A stretch of DNA of 64,000 nucleotides from Escherichia coli (GCF_009931435.1 NZ_CP043414.1), one strand, 5' to 3'; shown: positions 52,084-63,360, counted from the first letter of the stretch. Translations and numbers: made by a program. Notes: a model not told the origin generated them from the sequence alone.

Positions 52084-54626
52084 GATTTCACCTGCGACGC
52101 GGGAACATATTCGCACTGCGCCACCATCTCAACGGGGCCGTTAAACGCCGTCACTTGTTCCACTGTTCCGTTGTACTTCTCAATTTCCACCAGCGTGGTA
52201 TGTGCACTGGTCGCCTGCGCCAGCTGCGAAGTACCGATGTCGATGGTCAACACGTTGGGGTTACCGTATTTACACAGTGCACCAGGCTCGCCGCCTTTAT
52301 CTGGATCGTACCATGCCCCTTCGTGAATTCGTGCCACGCCGGGTGCATAGCGGTCAGAAACCACTGCTCCAGCCAAGACCTGACCACGAGCGTTAAAGAC
52401 GCGTACCACATCACCGTTACGAATACCGCGCGCACTGGCATCCTGCGGGCTAATAAATACTGGCTCTTTACCCGCGACCGTATATTGCTGACGCAGCGTT
52501 TCTGACTCACATAACTGCGAGTGAAGTCGGAAATCCGGATGCACAGATTGCAGATGCAACGGATACTTCTGCGAGCCGGGCCCGCCGTGGGAGCGTTCGA
52601 TTTTCTCAAACCACATCGGATGCCCCTGACAATCGTCGTAGTTCATATCAGCGATGGTTTTCGAGTAGATCTCAATCAGGCCACTCGGCGTGCCCAGCGG
52701 TTCGAGATCCGGATCTTCGCGGAATGCCTGGTGGCGAACAAACATCTGCGGATGGTCAAACTCGACGTACTCTTTCTTATTCCAGAAGTCATCAAACGCT
52801 GGCAGATGAACGCCGCGTCCTTTGCCCTGTTGTACACCTTCCTGCCAGATGCGTTTCAGCCAGCCCATTTCGTCCAGCCCTTCGGTAAAGGCTTCTTCAC
52901 GATTAAAGCGACGGCACAGCTCGCGGAAAATATCAAAGTCGTTGCGCGCCTCAAACTGCGGCGGCACCACCTGTTTCATGGCGATGATCCCACGGTTAGA
53001 GTGGTTACCGTACTGGTCGAGATCGTTACGCTCAAACTGCGTGGTCGCAGGCAGTACGATATCGGCAAAGCGGCAGGTTGAGGTCCACTGATTATCTATA
53101 GCGATAACCGTTTCCAGCTTGCGCCAGCCTTCGATAATGCGGTTAATCTGCTGATGACGATGTAACGGGTTAGTTCCGGCAAAAATACACATTTTCAGCG
53201 GTGGCAGTTTTACCGATTTACCATTCCAGTTGATCACTTTTCCCGGTTCGAGGATCGCATCGACAAAACGGGCAATCGGAATAGTGCTGCTATAGCCTTG
53301 GTAGTCGCTGTTGTCGTGAACAGGTGGAATCGACGTAGAGCCGGAGAAACCACTCAGAATAACGCCTTTACGCCCCGGCGTGCCTGCGCCGTTATAGTGC
53401 CAGCCAAAACCGAAGCCACCACCCGGCAGGCCAATTTGCCCCAGCATCGCCGCCAGAACCACAATCATCCACGCCCACTGTTCACCGTGCTGCATACGCT
53501 GTACGCACCAACCAGCAATAATCTGCGTTCTGTTCGCCGCTATCTGCCGCGCCAGTCCACGAATGGTTTCGGCATCAATGCCAGTCAGTTTTTCAGCCCA
53601 TGCGGCATCTTTCGGCTGACCGTCTTTCTCGCCCAGCAGATAGGGCAGAAACTGCTCAAAGCCCACGCAGTAGTTAGCGAGGAAGTTTTTGTCGTACAGG
53701 TTTTCGCTGTACAACGTATGCGCCAGCGCCAGTTGCAGCGGCACGTCAGTTTGCGGGTTAACCGCAATGTGCTTCACATGCTCGCGTCCCAGATACTCAT
53801 GAGTGGATGTAACAACCGGATCGATGCTGATGACCTGAATTTCACCGGCGGCGACTTTCGCTTTCAACTGCGCGTAATATTCATAAACATCGTGATCCGG
53901 GCACCACCAGTTCGCTTGCTGGTTTTTCAGCAAATCGGAGCCCCACAGCACAATGGTTTTGCTGTTCTGCAATACCAGCGGCCAGGAGGTTTGCTGTTCA
54001 TACACTTCCATAGAGCCAACTACACGCGGCAGGATCACCTGCGCAGCACCGGTCGAGTAATCCCCACCCGTACCAACGCTATTACCATGTAAGGCAATCG
54101 CTTTCGCCAACATCCCCGACGCGTTATGGAACATCCCCGTCGACTGCCAACCACTGGCGGTCAGTAAGGCACTCGGCCCGTGCGTTTTCTGCACACGTTC
54201 CAGCTCTTCATAGAACATGTCGAGGGCTTCATCCCAGCTCACGCGCACAAAACGGTTATCACCGCGCTGGGAGGTGTCGCTGAGATGGCGCTTACGTAGC
54301 CAGTCCACGCGTACCATCGGATAACGAATACGCGCCGCGTTGTGTACGTGGTCCGGCAATCCGGCGATCATTTTCGACGGATATTTATCCAGTTCGAACG
54401 GTTTTGCCGCCACAAAGCGACCATTCTTCACCGTCGCGCGGATAGCCCCCCAGTGCGACCCGGTCAGAATGCCCTCTTTCGAGGTGACAGCCTCAGTCGC
54501 CGCTTGCGCCGCAGTCGCACGGCGCGGCGTTAACAGTGACGGCCCCAGCATCCCGGCGACAGTTAAGCCGCCGAGTTGTGCCAGAAAACGTCGACGTGAT
54601 GCCTGAAAGAGATCGTTATTGTTCAT
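52080..54626 (-). CDS. torA: Trimethylamine-N-oxide reductase TorA (molybdoenzyme, Tat-exported)
   Basis: 848-aa ORF with twin-arginine signal ([18 protein letters not shown]); 4-nt overlap with torD. Confidence 0.97.
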
Positions 54627-55798
54627 TATTTTTCTTCCTTCTTATCGCCGTGAGCCTTACCTGCGGTATCAGACGCATTCATTTGCAGATATTTCAGCAA
54701 GGTGCGTTCTTCACGTTTATCGAGGCTGGTAAAGCCAATCATGCCGTTGAGCGTGCCAATCCAACCATTAGCGTCGAAGTGGGCGATTTCCGGTGCGCCG
54801 TGGCATTGATTACAGGTGCCGTTGTACAGCGAATCCGCATAAGCCCAGATCGGTTTGATATCGTTCACCATGTCGCCTTTCTTCATCCACGCGGTGGCCT
54901 GCAATTTGCTCCACTCGGTATTGGTGTCGGCAACGGTGGTTTTCTCCAGCGTTTTCACCTGCTGCTGAACATCGCCACGAATCGAAGCAACAAAGATGCG
55001 TTTGCCAGGGAACTGGGTGAGTACACGCTGACGTCCTGCGCTTTCCGTCCAGCCAGTGATTTCAATTTGCAGCCAGTCGCCGTCACGTTTAAGGACTTTC
55101 ACTTCCGAAGCAGGCAGCAGAGAACCAGACGCTTCTTTATCGCCTTTCGCCGCATAAATTGGCTTAATATCAATGGAGTACAGCGTGTCACCACTATCAT
55201 TAGCACTGGCACGCAGCTCATCGAACTGCTTACGGAAGCCACTACTCATATCAGGTAACTGGTGGGCAATACCTTTATGACAGTCGATGCAGGATTGATT
55301 ATCTTTCGCTGCCACCTTCATCTGACGCGCCGCTTCAGGATGCTGCTTCGCATGATCCATCGCGTCGTAGTTATGGCAGGAGCGGCAGGTTGCCGAGTTG
55401 TTTTCTTTCATTCGCGCCCATTCACGCTCGGCAAGTTCCGCGCGTTTGGCTTCGAATTTCTCAGGTGTATCAATGGAGTGGGCAATAAAGGTCTGGTAGA
55501 TGTCGTTGCTCGCTTCCAGTTTACGCTTCACCATGCCTGGAATATCCGGCGGGATATGGCAGTCATGGCATTCAGCTCGCACGCCGGAGGCGTTCTGGAA
55601 ATGCACCGACTGTTTATATTCTTCATACACCGGTTGCATACTGTGGCAACTGACACAAAATTCGGTTGTGCTGGTGACTTTGATCCCCACGTGAGGTAAC
55701 ACAATCAGCGCAATGCCAATCACAATCCCAATAGCGACCAGCGCCAGTACCGACCAACGAGCACTGGGTCGGCGTAACGCGTTCCAGAGTTTCCGCAT
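54626..55798 (-). CDS. torC: Pentahaem c-type cytochrome TorC (NapC/NirT family)
   Basis: ORF 54626..55846; start at MRKLWNALRRPSARW gives 390 aa; five CxxCH haem motifs (CVSCH, CHDCH, CRSCH, CIDCH, CNQCH). Confidence 0.95.
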   Translation of the reverse strand: MRKLWNALRRPSARWSVLALVAIGIVIGIALIVLPHVGIKVTSTTEFCVSCHSMQPVYEEYKQSVHFQNASGVRAECHDCHIPPDIPGMVKRKLEASNDIYQTFIAHSIDTPEKFEAKRAELAEREWARMKENNSATCRSCHNYDAMDHAKQHPEAARQMKVAAKDNQSCIDCHKGIAHQLPDMSSGFRKQFDELRASANDSGDTLYSIDIKPIYAAKGDKEASGSLLPASEVKVLKRDGDWLQIEITGWTESAGRQRVLTQFPGKRIFVASIRGDVQQQVKTLEKTTVADTNTEWSKLQATAWMKKGDMVNDIKPIWAYADSLYNGTCNQCHGAPEIAHFDANGWIGTLNGMIGFTSLDKREERTLLKYLQMNASDTAGKAHGDKKEEK

Positions 55799-55846
55799 AA
55801 TAGCCCCTGTAAAATTATGGTTTAGTGAAGCGATCTTAATGAGCAA

Positions 55847-55909
55847 ATATGAACAGCGGCACTGGTCAGGATGAACGGCTTACGGCAGAATATGAACAGA
55901 TATGAACAG
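55847..55909 (-). promoter_or_regulatory. tor boxes (TorR binding decamers CTGTTCATAT) upstream of torCAD
   Basis: Plus-strand atatgaacag at about 55847, 55890 and 55900 plus degenerate ggatgaacgg at about 55869, giving four direct repeats between torC and divergent torR. Confidence 0.8.
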
Positions 55910-55927
55910 AATGAGTAAAACTCTCTG

Positions 55928-56620
55928 ATGCCACATCACATTGTTATTGTTGAAGATGAGCCGGTTACCCAGGCGCGATTACAAACCTACTTCACTCAGG
56001 AGGGGTATACGGTTTCCGTTACGGCGAGCGGTGCCGGGCTGCGTGAAATTATGCAAAACCAGCCAGTGGATTTAATTCTGCTGGATATCAATTTGCCCGA
56101 TGAAAATGGCCTGATGTTAACCCGCGCCCTGCGGGAACGTTCGACGGTGGGTATTATTCTGGTTACCGGACGCAGCGATCGGATTGACCGTATTGTTGGG
56201 CTGGAAATGGGCGCAGACGATTACGTCACCAAACCGCTGGAACTGCGCGAACTGGTGGTACGGGTGAAAAATCTGCTCTGGCGAATCGACCTCGCGCGAC
56301 AAGCTCAACCGCTCACTCAGGACAACTGCTATCGCTTTGCCGGTTATTGCCTGAATGTGTCGCGCCATACGCTGGAGCTTGATGGCGAACCGATTAAACT
56401 AACCCGCGCAGAGTATGAAATGTTGGTGGCATTTGTGACCAATCCGGGCGAAATTCTCAGCCGTGAACGTCTGCTGCGTATGCTTTCTGCGCGCCGGGTG
56501 GAAAACCCCGACCTGCGCACCGTCGATGTGTTAATTCGTCGTTTACGTCATAAACTCAGCGCGGATTTACTGGTAACACAACATGGCGAAGGTTATTTCT
56601 TAGCCGCTGATGTGTGCTGA
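55928..56620 (+). CDS. torR: Response regulator TorR (OmpR family)
   Basis: 230-aa ORF, ATG at 55928; receiver domain plus winged-helix output. Confidence 0.95.
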   Translation: MPHHIVIVEDEPVTQARLQTYFTQEGYTVSVTASGAGLREIMQNQPVDLILLDINLPDENGLMLTRALRERSTVGIILVTGRSDRIDRIVGLEMGADDYVTKPLELRELVVRVKNLLWRIDLARQAQPLTQDNCYRFAGYCLNVSRHTLELDGEPIKLTRAEYEMLVAFVTNPGEILSRERLLRMLSARRVENPDLRTVDVLIRRLRHKLSADLLVTQHGEGYFLAADVC

Positions 56621-57621
56621 TAAAAATAGACCGGACGAAATCCCCCTGGTGACAGCGAGCGGCGGATATGTTCGCGGTCGGCATTTTTCGGCGTCAGGAC
56701 TAAAATCGGTGGGCTGACATTATCAGACACCGATAGTCCCTGTAATTGCCTGATCGCTTGCTCAACCGCCAGTTCCCCCTGCCAGACCATTTGATCGCTG
56801 GCAGCCATGATCACTCTTCCCCGCTTTAGTCCGCGATACACCTGATGTGAAAGATAAAATGACACCACGGTCAGCGGCGTTTTCAGGTTACGCCCTTCAC
56901 CCATTGCCGCCTCTGCCGCAATCGCCGTTCCGGCCACAACGTCGATTTCTGGATGGCGCTCCAACATCTCCTGCAACAGGTTACGCTGGATTTCAATATC
57001 GTTGTCGCCGAGCGCAATATCGACAATACGCACCGGGCTTCCGGCAATGGCGGCGCGGAAACCCTCTACCATCTCCTTACTGCCCCCGGCGTTATCGGGG
57101 CCGGGCATCAACAGCACGTTCAGTGGTTTTCCGTGACTCCATTGCACCAGATATCGCCCTGGTTGATAGCCCATCTGAAACCACGGCACACCAACGCGGC
57201 TTTTCACCTGGGGAGCATCAATAGCATTTACCAGTTCGATCACCGGAAGACTTGCTACCTGCTTTTGCAGGTCGGGAAATGACGTCGTGCTACTTCCGAG
57301 CAAGATGGCCTCTGCACCCCACTGTTTGCACTGGTCGATTTGTGCTTGCTGGGTAGCCAACTGGCTGTAGCCGCCTGCCTCCAGCACTTTTAAATCCACA
57401 CCGTAGCGGCGAGCAGCCTCCTGCATACCATAGTTCAACGATAACCAGTATGAATCTTTCAGGCTGGGATAAAGCGCGCACAGTTTCCATGCGCGTTTGG
57501 CTTTAAGCGGCATAGAGGCTTGCACCGTGAAATGCTGCGCATCATGCCAGCGCAACAAGTTATCAGCCGAAAAACCAGGCCACATGAAAAGGGAAAGAAG
57601 TAACAATAGCAGTACGCGCAT
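56593..57621 (-). CDS. torT: Periplasmic TMAO-binding protein TorT
   Basis: 342-aa ORF with signal peptide ([19 protein letters not shown]); 3' end overlaps torR 3' end by 28 nt (convergent). Confidence 0.94.
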   Translation of the reverse strand: MRVLLLLLLSLFMWPGFSADNLLRWHDAQHFTVQASMPLKAKRAWKLCALYPSLKDSYWLSLNYGMQEAARRYGVDLKVLEAGGYSQLATQQAQIDQCKQWGAEAILLGSSTTSFPDLQKQVASLPVIELVNAIDAPQVKSRVGVPWFQMGYQPGRYLVQWSHGKPLNVLLMPGPDNAGGSKEMVEGFRAAIAGSPVRIVDIALGDNDIEIQRNLLQEMLERHPEIDVVAGTAIAAEAAMGEGRNLKTPLTVVSFYLSHQVYRGLKRGRVIMAASDQMVWQGELAVEQAIRQLQGLSVSDNVSPPILVLTPKNADREHIRRSLSPGGFRPVYFYQHTSAAKK

Positions 57622-57703
57622 GATAGCCTCATCAATAATAAGGCTTTATGCTAGATGCATTCCGCTTTGCGACTCAACCTTTTTCACCTTAAGTACACTG
57701 ACC

Positions 57704-60448
57704 GTGAATTTAACCCTGACCCGAAGACTCTGGATGGGCTTTGCCCTGATGGCGCTGTTAACCCTGACCAGTACCCTGGTGGGATGGTACAACCTGCGCT
57801 TTATCAGCCAGGTGGAAAAAGACAATACTCAGGCATTGATTCCTACCATGAATATGGCGCGCCAGTTGAGCGAAGCCAGCGCCTGGGAACTTTTCGCCGC
57901 CCAGAACCTGACCAGTGCCGATAACGAAAAGATGTGGCAGGCGCAGGGGCGAATGCTCACCGCACAAAGCCTGAAGATTAACGCATTGCTGCAAGCGTTA
58001 CGGGAACAAGGGTTTGACACTACCGCTATTGAACAACAGGAGCAGGAGATCTCCCGTTCGTTACGTCAACAAGGGGAACTGGTGGGGCAGCGTTTGCAAC
58101 TGCGCCAGCAACAACAGCAACTCAGCCAGCAGATAGTCGCTGCTGCCGATGAGATCGCACGCCTGGCACAAGGTCAGGCGAATAATGCGGCAACCTCTGC
58201 CGGAGCGACCCAGGCCGGGATTTACGATTTGATCGAACAACATCAGCGTCAGGCCGCAGAAAACGCACTTGATCGGCTGATTGATATCGATCTTGAGTAC
58301 GTTAACCAGATGAATGAACTGCGCCTTAGCGCCCTGCGGGTGCAGCAAATGGTGATGAATCTGGGGCTGGAACAGATCCAGAAAAATGCGCCAACGCTGG
58401 AAAAGCAACTCAATAATGCGGTTAAAATTCTGCAACGTCGGCAAATACGCATTGAAGATCCCGGTGTTCGTGCACAGGTCGCGACAACGTTAACTACCGT
58501 TAGCCAATATAGCGATTTGCTGGCGCTGTATCAGCAGGACAGTGAAATCAGCAATCACCTGCAAACTCTCGCCCAAAATAACATCGCCCAGTTCGCGCAG
58601 TTTAGTAGCGAAGTCAGTCAACTGGTCGACACCATTGAGCTGCGTAATCAGCATGGCCTGGCGCATCTGGAAAAAGCCAGTGCACGCGGGCAATACAGCC
58701 TGTTATTGCTGGGGATAGTTTCTCTTTGCGCACTGATTCTGATCCTCTGGCGCGTGGTTTATCGCTCAGTCACGCGTCCCCTTGCCGAACAAACGCAGGC
58801 GCTGCAACGACTGCTGGACGGTGATATCAACTCCCCTTTCCCGGAAACCGCTGGCGTGCGGGAGCTGGACACCATCGGGCGGCTGATGGATGCGTTTCGC
58901 AGCAGTGTTCATGCACTGAATCGCCACCGCGAACAGCTGGCGGCGCAGGTCAAAGCGCGTACAGCTGAATTGCAGGAGCTGGTGATAGAACACCGACAGG
59001 CACGGGCGGAAGCAGAAAAAGCCAGCCAGGCAAAATCGGCGTTTCTGGCGGCGATGAGCCATGAGATCCGCACACCGCTGTACGGTATTCTCGGCACCGC
59101 GCAACTGCTGGCAGATAACCCCGCACTTAATGCCCAGCGTGATGATTTGCGGGCAATTACTGACTCTGGTGAATCGTTGCTGACCATCCTCAACGATATT
59201 CTCGATTATTCGGCTATCGAAGCAGGCGGCAAGAATGTTTCGGTCAGCGATGAGCCCTTTGAACCGCGCCCGCTGCTGGAAAGTACCCTGCAATTAATGA
59301 GCGGACGGGTGAAAGGTCGTCCGCTTCGCCTGGTAACTGAAATTGCCGACGATGTACCGACTGCGTTAATGGGCGATCCGCGGCGTATTCGTCAGGTTAT
59401 AACCAACCTGTTGAGCAACGCCCTGCGTTTCACCGACGAAGGGCACATTATCCTGCGTAGTCGCACTGATGGCGAACAATGGCTGGTCGAAGTGGAAGAC
59501 AGCGGCTGCGGTATTGATCCCTCGAAACTGGCTGAAATCTTCCAGCCATTTGTTCAGGTTAGCGGCAAACGCGGCGGCACCGGGCTGGGGCTGACTATCA
59601 GTAGCCGTCTGGCCCAGGCGATGGGCGGCGAACTCAGCGCCACCAGCACGCCGGAGGTTGGAAGCTGTTTTTGTTTACGCTTGCCGTTACGTATTGCCAC
59701 GGCACCCGTGCCAAAAACAGTCAATCAGGCGGTGCATCTGGACGGTTTACGTTTGCTGTTAATTGAAGATAACCCGCTAACCCAGCGAATTACCGTTGAG
59801 ATGCTGAACAACAGTGGTGCGCAGGTCGTTGCTGTTGGCAATGCCGCGCACGCGATAGAGACGTTGCAAAATAGCGAACCGTTTGCTGGGGCACTGGTGG
59901 ATTTTGATCTGCCGGATATCGACGGTATTACCCTTGCCCGACAACTGGTACAGCAATATCCGTCGCTGGTTTTGATTGGCTTTAGCGCCCATGTCATCGA
60001 CGAAACGTTGCGCCAGCGTACCAGTTCGCTATTTCACGGGATTATCCCTAAACCGGTGCCGCGTGAAGTACTCGGTCAGTTACTGGCGCACTATCTTCAA
60101 CTGCAAGTCAATAACGATCAACCGCTGGATGTATCGCAACTCAATGAAGATGCTCAGTTGATGGGGACGGAGAAGATCCACGAATGGCTGACATTATTTA
60201 AACAACATGCCCTGCCGCTTCTCGATGACATCGACATTGCCCGCGCCAGTCAGGATAGCGAGAAAATAAAGCGTGCTGCGCATCAGCTAAAAAGCAGTTG
60301 TTCGAGTCTGGGAATGCGTAGCGCCAGCCAGCTATGCGCACAACTGGAGCAGCAGCCATTATCTGCCCCCCTTCCACACGAAGAAATTACACGCAGTGTT
60401 GCCGCTCTGGAAGCATGGTTGAATAAGAAAGACCTGAACGCGATTTGA
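57704..60448 (+). CDS. torS: Hybrid sensor kinase TorS (HAMP, HisKA/HATPase, receiver, HPt)
   Basis: ORF 57497..60448; start placed at in-frame GTG 57704 ([20 protein letters not shown]...) giving 914 aa; phospho-acceptor motif [13 protein letters not shown] start is inferred. Confidence 0.9.
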   Translation: MNLTLTRRLWMGFALMALLTLTSTLVGWYNLRFISQVEKDNTQALIPTMNMARQLSEASAWELFAAQNLTSADNEKMWQAQGRMLTAQSLKINALLQALREQGFDTTAIEQQEQEISRSLRQQGELVGQRLQLRQQQQQLSQQIVAAADEIARLAQGQANNAATSAGATQAGIYDLIEQHQRQAAENALDRLIDIDLEYVNQMNELRLSALRVQQMVMNLGLEQIQKNAPTLEKQLNNAVKILQRRQIRIEDPGVRAQVATTLTTVSQYSDLLALYQQDSEISNHLQTLAQNNIAQFAQFSSEVSQLVDTIELRNQHGLAHLEKASARGQYSLLLLGIVSLCALILILWRVVYRSVTRPLAEQTQALQRLLDGDINSPFPETAGVRELDTIGRLMDAFRSSVHALNRHREQLAAQVKARTAELQELVIEHRQARAEAEKASQAKSAFLAAMSHEIRTPLYGILGTAQLLADNPALNAQRDDLRAITDSGESLLTILNDILDYSAIEAGGKNVSVSDEPFEPRPLLESTLQLMSGRVKGRPLRLVTEIADDVPTALMGDPRRIRQVITNLLSNALRFTDEGHIILRSRTDGEQWLVEVEDSGCGIDPSKLAEIFQPFVQVSGKRGGTGLGLTISSRLAQAMGGELSATSTPEVGSCFCLRLPLRIATAPVPKTVNQAVHLDGLRLLLIEDNPLTQRITVEMLNNSGAQVVAVGNAAHAIETLQNSEPFAGALVDFDLPDIDGITLARQLVQQYPSLVLIGFSAHVIDETLRQRTSSLFHGIIPKPVPREVLGQLLAHYLQLQVNNDQPLDVSQLNEDAQLMGTEKIHEWLTLFKQHALPLLDDIDIARASQDSEKIKRAAHQLKSSCSSLGMRSASQLCAQLEQQPLSAPLPHEEITRSVAALEAWLNKKDLNAI

Positions 60449-60519
60449 ATCAATATCAGCCAGTTAAGAACAACTAGAATAGTGGCATTTGGTATGCAAC
60501 TTAACGGACTGGCAAAATC

Positions 60520-61593
60520 ATGGCAGAGAAAAGAAGAACCCGCTGGCAGCGGCGGCCAGGTACGACGGGCGGCAAATTACCGTGGAATGACTGGCGCAAT
60601 GCCACGACCTGGCGTAAAGCGACGCAATTATTACTGTTGGCAATTAATATTTATATTGCCATCACGTTCTGGTATTGGGTGCGCTATTACGAAACGGCAG
60701 GTAGTACGACATTTGTCGCCAGGCCAGGAGGCATCGAAGGCTGGCTACCGATTGCCGGTCTGATGAATCTGAAATATAGCCTTGCAACAGGCCAGTTACC
60801 GTCCGTCCACGCCGCCGCGATGCTGTTATTGGTCGCTTTTATCGTCATCAGTCTATTACTAAAAAAGGCCTTTTGTTCATGGTTATGCCCGATTGGTACG
60901 CTTTCTGAATTCATCGGCGATCTCGGTAACAAACTGTTTGGTCGGCAATTTGTCCTTCCCCGCTGTCTGGATATTCCTCTGCGCGGCGTGAAGTATTTGC
61001 TGTTGAGTTTTTTTCTCTATATCGCGTTATTGATGCCCGCTCAGGCTATTCACTATTTTATGTTGTCGCCCTACAGCGTGGTGATGGACGTTAAAATGCT
61101 CGATTTCTTTCGTCATATGGGGACCGCGACATTAATCAGCGTGACCGTTTTGCTGATTGTCAGTCTGTTTATTCGCCATGCCTGGTGTCGTTATCTTTGC
61201 CCATATGGCGCGCTGATGGGCGTGGTTTCGCTATTGTCGCCGTTTAAGATTCGTCGCAATGCCGAAAGTTGTATCGACTGTGGCAAATGCGCAAAAAATT
61301 GCCCATCGCGGATCCCGGTCGATAAATTAATTCAGGTACGAACCGTGGAATGTACCGGTTGTATGACTTGCGTAGAGTCATGTCCGGTAGCCTCAACATT
61401 GACCTTTTCACTGCAAAAACCTGCGGCAAATAAAAAAGCCTTTGCGTTGTCTGGCTGGTTAATGACGCTACTGGTTCTGGGGATTATGTTTGCGGTGATT
61501 GGTTACGCAATGTATGCGGGAGTATGGCAAAGCCCGGTGCCGGAGGAATTGTACCGACGCTTAATTCCGCAAGCGCCAATGATTGGTCACTAA
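60520..61593 (+). CDS. yccM: Membrane 4Fe-4S ferredoxin-type protein YccM (NapH/MauN-like)
   Basis: 357-aa ORF with TM segments and Cys clusters CxxCxxCxxxCP (CIDCGKCAKNCP, CTGCMTCVESCP). Confidence 0.9.
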   Translation: MAEKRRTRWQRRPGTTGGKLPWNDWRNATTWRKATQLLLLAINIYIAITFWYWVRYYETAGSTTFVARPGGIEGWLPIAGLMNLKYSLATGQLPSVHAAAMLLLVAFIVISLLLKKAFCSWLCPIGTLSEFIGDLGNKLFGRQFVLPRCLDIPLRGVKYLLLSFFLYIALLMPAQAIHYFMLSPYSVVMDVKMLDFFRHMGTATLISVTVLLIVSLFIRHAWCRYLCPYGALMGVVSLLSPFKIRRNAESCIDCGKCAKNCPSRIPVDKLIQVRTVECTGCMTCVESCPVASTLTFSLQKPAANKKAFALSGWLMTLLVLGIMFAVIGYAMYAGVWQSPVPEELYRRLIPQAPMIGH

Positions 61594-61641
61594 ATTAGCA
61601 ACAAGCGGAACATCACCTCGCACGGGGTGATGTTCACAAAA

Positions 61642-61815
61642 TCACATTATTTTGATTTTGACATCATAGCTTTCAAGCCCGGTCATTTTTTCTCGTGCGG
61701 TGAAGCGAATTTCAGAGACTTCTTTCCCTGTATTCTTGTTCAGCTCGGCGATTTTTTGCGCGATAAAGTCAGCGATTTCCGTTTCGGCTTGTTTTTTTAA
61801 CTCTTCAATATTCAC
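61642..61815 (-). CDS. gnsA: GnsA (suppressor of secG null), 57 aa, GTG start
   Basis: Hand-translated minus-strand ORF from GTG at 61813-61815: VNIEELKKQAETEIADFIAQKIAELNKNTGKEVSEIRFTAREKMTGLESYDVKIKIM; absent from ORF track (under 60 aa). Confidence 0.8.
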   Translation of the reverse strand: MNIEELKKQAETEIADFIAQKIAELNKNTGKEVSEIRFTAREKMTGLESYDVKIKIM

Positions 61816-62035
61816 TGTTAACCTCTTCTGGTCTTAAAAGACAGCAACACGCCAGTAAGGTGTTGGTTCCCGGTACCCTGGTCAGGTAAGAAATGTTATA
61901 AGCTATCTCCCCTAAAGATTCAATAATCAACAGGTTATCGCTTACTATACATACAGCGTTGAAGAAAAATAAGGCAGATATAAAAAAGGCTCCACGAGGG
62001 AGCCTGATCTTATTTTGTGAAATCCAGCGGCGCAT
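61805..62035 (-). CDS. ymcE: Small protein YmcE (Sfa), 76 aa
   Basis: ORF 61805..62068; start at internal ATG (MRRWISQNKIRLPRGAFFISALFFFNAVCIV...) gives 76 aa; 3' end overlaps the gnsA start by 11 nt. Confidence 0.55.
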   Translation of the reverse strand: MRRWISQNKIRLPRGAFFISALFFFNAVCIVSDNLLIIESLGEIAYNISYLTRVPGTNTLLACCCLLRPEEVNSEY

Positions 62036-62208
62036 GGTCAGTGCGTATTTGCAGCGCGACGTTATCAAAGGTGATCATCGTCGATTTACAAAAAATACAC
62101 TTTGCCCCTAAAGGATTTCGCTCCGTCACATCGAATGCCGATGTGCGGTACTGTGAACCATGACAACATGGACAGCGGAAATGGAGATGTTGAGTAATAA
62201 CGGCAACC

Positions 62209-62421
62209 TTAGAGCGTAACAACGTTCGCTGCCGCGGGACCACGTTGCCCCTGCTCAATAGAAAATTCAACTTTCTGATTTTCGTTCAGCGTGCGGAATT
62301 CATTGCTCTGGATGGCGGTGAAATGGACGAAAACGTCTTTGCTGCCATCATCAGGAGTGATAAAGCCAAAACCTTTATCTGCGTTAAACCATTTTACTAA
62401 ACCAGTCATTTTATTAGACAT
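62209..62421 (-). CDS. cspG: Cold-shock protein CspG (CspA family)
   Basis: 70-aa [24 protein letters not shown] with RNP1/RNP2 motifs. Confidence 0.95.
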   Translation of the reverse strand: MSNKMTGLVKWFNADKGFGFITPDDGSKDVFVHFTAIQSNEFRTLNENQKVEFSIEQGQRGPAAANVVTL

Positions 62422-62706
62422 ATTTTACTTCCTTCATTTTGGGCCTTTCGGCAAACAGGGCTTTAATACAGAAACTACTTAGTGTTCAGGAGAGAGACTC
62501 AAAAGAAGGGGATAATGCCTGATAATGAGAACTACTTTAGTAAACTACTTTGTATGCTGTCTGTCTTTCAAACCGACGCAGCTATTAACGCATGATAATT
62601 GAGATTAAGCAATTTTTATTTTAGCCGTCCGGCGGTCTTAAATATCGCTGGCTTTATTTTATTAACCCCGTATAGTGCAGCGCAGTATTTTCAGTAAGGA
62701 ATTTGT

Positions 62707-62919
62707 TTGTCCCGTAAAATGACAGGAATTGTCAAAACCTTTGATCGCAAAAGCGGCAAAGGATTCATTATCCCCTCCGACGGTCGTAAAGAAGTCCAGG
62801 TCCATATTTCCGCATTCACTCCCCGCGACGCAGAAGTGCTTATACCAGGATTACGCGTGGAATTTTGCCGCGTAAATGGCCTACGCGGACCAACAGCGGC
62901 AAATGTTTATCTCTCTTAA
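62707..62919 (+). CDS. cspH: Cold-shock-like protein CspH (divergent CspA-family paralogue)
   Basis: 70-aa ORF (M)[21 protein letters not shown]; first codon is TTG, with an in-frame ATG 4 codons downstream; divergent from cspG. Confidence 0.88.
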
Positions 62920-63360
62920 GATGACGCAGCTTGTTTAAAGCTGGCTGTTTTTATTAAAAAAGCTCAATAGTCAACATCGCACATTATAACAAAAGTTACT
63001 TTCACCCCGGAAAACAAATCCATTTAGCCGAATATCTCTGCACCTAATAGTTATAAATGCTACTTAACAGTCAATCATAGTACCGCTTGAAACTATATCA
63101 CCAACAATAGTTAATAGCTTTCTTAACAATTTTCTTATCTTTAATTTGTATTTTTCTAAGATTTATCTTATGCTCACAAGTCGTATTTCCAGAGGGAAAT
63201 CGTTAACAATCTTATATTTCTCTCTGCGCGCCTTTCCCACTCGCGGTATATAGTACCGACGGTATGCGGAAAGGGAGATTTCACAAGGATGTTATACTCA
63301 AAGTAGACAATCCTGATCTCAAGCGTACGTATTGTCCATGCGATGAATAAAGGAAAAGTT

